From the IMG/VR virus record IMGVR_UViG_2639763148_000001, positions 4,351-68,350 of that record: a stretch of DNA of 64,000 nucleotides; one strand, 5' to 3'. This document shows, in pieces, positions 62,369-64,000 of this stretch. Under the pieces are notes generated by a model. It did not search any database and was not told the DNA's origin. It saw only the letters and a list, made by a program, of their open reading frames with translations. The translations under genes and the position numbers were made by a program. Position 1 is the stretch's first letter. The number at the start of each line of letters is the position of its first letter. This stretch comes from a virus. Its lineage: Duplodnaviria; Caudoviricetes.

Positions 62369-63067
62369 TCAGGCGGTGGCGGGGCCGGCGTACGGCCGGG
62401 TGGCCAGGTGGGTGTGGTCTGCGGCGGGCGGGACGTCGCGGAGGGGGAGGCCGAGGGCGCGGGCCTCGCGCTCGGCGATGAGCACGCTGTCGAGGTAGGA
62501 GCCGCCCGCGTAGTCGCGGGCGGGCCTCGGCAGGTGAGGGAGGGAGCCGCTGCTCTTGGTGATCGCGACCGCGTAGGCGACGACGACGAACCCGACGACG
62601 TCCTCGGAGGGGACGACGATCACGTCCTCGTCGGCGATCTCGTCGCGGTTGGCGGCTTCGCGGACCGCCGCGGTGCTGTCGAAGTGGTGGACGCGGATCA
62701 GGTCCTGCGGGGCCTCCGCCGGTCCGTCCCGCAGGGCGGTGGCGGCGTGCTCGCAGGCGGTGCAGAGGATGGAGACGCGGGCCGCCAGTTCGTCGCTCAG
62801 CCAGCGGGTGACCTCCTGGCCGCACTGGGTGGTCGAGCCCTCGGGGTTCGCGAAGTGCGGGTCGAGGTCGTCAGCGCCGTGGGTGAGGACGAGGCCGGCC
62901 TGCTGGCCGAGCTGGAGGATCTCCGCGTTGCGGTCGCCGGGATCGGTCAGGGCGGCGAAGGCGCGTGCGGCCTGGGTGAGTTGGGAGCCGGCCGAGGAGA
63001 AGGACGGCGGGCACGGCGGGGAGGCCAGCAGGGACTGGGGGAAGGAGAGGGCCGGGTGGTCGCGCAT
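62369..63067 (-). CDS. Hypothetical protein (232 aa)
   Basis: AGGAAGG SD; first gene after class-2 copy C. Confidence 0.65.
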   Translation of the reverse strand: MRDHPALSFPQSLLASPPCPPSFSSAGSQLTQAARAFAALTDPGDRNAEILQLGQQAGLVLTHGADDLDPHFANPEGSTTQCGQEVTRWLSDELAARVSILCTACEHAATALRDGPAEAPQDLIRVHHFDSTAAVREAANRDEIADEDVIVVPSEDVVGFVVVAYAVAITKSSGSLPHLPRPARDYAGGSYLDSVLIAEREARALGLPLRDVPPAADHTHLATRPYAGPATA

Positions 63068-63103
63068 GGCGGGGCCTTCCTGGTGGGGTGGTGAAGTGGT
63101 GAC

Positions 63104-63163
63104 ACCTTCATCATTTCCTGAATCAATTCAGGTAAACCATGTAACCAAAATAGATTCAGGAAA
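63104..63163 (-). promoter_or_regulatory. Class-2 palindromic promoter/operator, copy C
   Basis: ACCTTCATCATTTCC plus 20-bp imperfect inverted repeat, 10-nt spacer. Confidence 0.65.
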
Positions 63164-63214
63164 ACTGGGTCCTGGAGCGCGTTTGCCGTAACCGACTTGT
63201 GGAACACTCGGAGC

Positions 63215-63472
63215 ATGAGCCGAACCGGACCCCGCAACCTGCACGCCGACTACGAGCCCAGCGAGAAGCTGCGGGCCGCGATCGCCGCATGGGAGGAGGC
63301 CGTTCAGAAGGAGGAAGAGCTCCGCCATGCCGCGCGCAAGGCGATCGCCGACGAGCTCCTCGAGGCCCGCATCTCCCACGGCGTGATGTCGCAGCACGTC
63401 CCGTGGACCGAGGCGACCGTCACCGGCATCGCCAAGGAGTACAAGGTCCCCGGCCTGCGCCAGCGCACGTAG
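63215..63472 (+). CDS. Small coiled-coil + HTH-like regulator; candidate class-2 regulator
   Basis: 'ISHGVMSQHVPWTEATVTGIAKE' HTH-like; divergent from class-2 copy C. Confidence 0.62.
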   Translation: MSRTGPRNLHADYEPSEKLRAAIAAWEEAVQKEEELRHAARKAIADELLEARISHGVMSQHVPWTEATVTGIAKEYKVPGLRQRT

Positions 63473-63480
63473 CGCGTGCC

Positions 63481-63518
63481 ACGAAGGGCCCCGACTACCT
63501 TGAGTCGGGGCCCTTCGT
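63481..63518. terminator. Bidirectional hairpin
   Basis: ACGAAGGGCCCCGACT-N6-AGTCGGGGCCCTTCGT. Confidence 0.8.
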
Positions 63519-63803
63519 GCTGGCCGGGGCTTGCCCGGTGCCCGCGCAGTCGGGGCAGGGCCGCCAGTGGCAGGGCGTCTTGCCGTACCCCCGGCAAGTG
63601 GCGCACCGGGGGCGCTGATTCATATGGGCGACCCGTAGCTGCTCCACCCCCCTGCGGACGAGGGCGGCCCAGGCCAGGGGCTCGTCGGTGGCAGCCGCAG
63701 GCTGCGCTGGCTGGTTGCGCCAGCCGGCCGCCTCCAGGCGCCGGTGGACCTCTTGTACGGCTTGGGTCTCGGCGGCCCGGCACACGCACTGCCGCTCGCT
63801 CAT
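63495..63803 (-). CDS. Small protein with DnaJ-like CxxCxGxG pair
   Basis: CATCRGYG...CPDCAGTG; ATGA overlap. Confidence 0.55.
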   Translation of the reverse strand: MSERQCVCRAAETQAVQEVHRRLEAAGWRNQPAQPAAATDEPLAWAALVRRGVEQLRVAHMNQRPRCATCRGYGKTPCHWRPCPDCAGTGQAPASTKGPDSR

Positions 63804-64000
63804 ACCGGGTGCTCGGCTCGGCTGTTCCGGCCGCCGCCGGAGTGCCGGGGGCAGTAGTCGCCATGCGGGGCGATGTGCCAGCCGGCTCGGGCGGCGGCCG
63901 ACCGGGCGCCCATGCCCGTCACGGCGTCGGTGAGCAGCCGCCCCGGGCAGACCCCGTACTGGTGGGTGCTCTCGCAGTGGACCGTGACGCTGATGGTCAC
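63800..64000 (-). CDS. Small zinc-binding protein (possibly truncated at the window edge)
   Basis: 'VHC...C...AGW...DYCPRH'. Confidence 0.55.
   Translation of the reverse strand: MTISVTVHCESTHQYGVCPGRLLTDAVTGMGARSAAARAGWHIAPHGDYCPRHSGGGRNSRAEHPV

Overview
High-GC actinobacterial (probably Streptomyces) tailed-phage or prophage DNA, encoded almost entirely on the - strand. Family assignments come from motif recognition by eye; no database search was run. The left part (1-37.5 kb) is a siphovirus morphogenesis module resembling mycobacteriophage cluster B. In transcription order it runs: MTase-GNAT, ParB-like, TerS, TerL with intein, portal, MuF/2H-phosphoesterase/protease fusion, capsid hexamer and pentamer, a 10-kb Cys-rich appendage cassette, tail tube, connectors, tail chaperones, tape measure, Dit and hub. 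An atypical tRNA-Gly(TCC) marks the boundary. The right part (37.7-64 kb) is an accessory/early region with two DNA methyltransferases, an HNH nuclease, four ParB-family paralogs, DUF3560, two stand-alone ComM/Lon-like domains and many small unknown genes. It is organised by two families of repeated promoter/operator boxes, each next to a small divergent HTH gene. No integrase, lysin, polymerase or CRISPR array was seen. Three observations stand out. (1) A conserved, covarying 5'-leader RNA hairpin precedes the capsid, tail-tube, chaperone and tape-measure genes and is mutually exclusive with an RBS-sequestering hairpin, making it a candidate translational switch for virion genes. (2) The terminase intein encodes its HNH endonuclease in the +1 frame while the intein frame stays open. 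(3) An 8-copy ECF/SigR-type promoter carries an invariant 17-bp operator.
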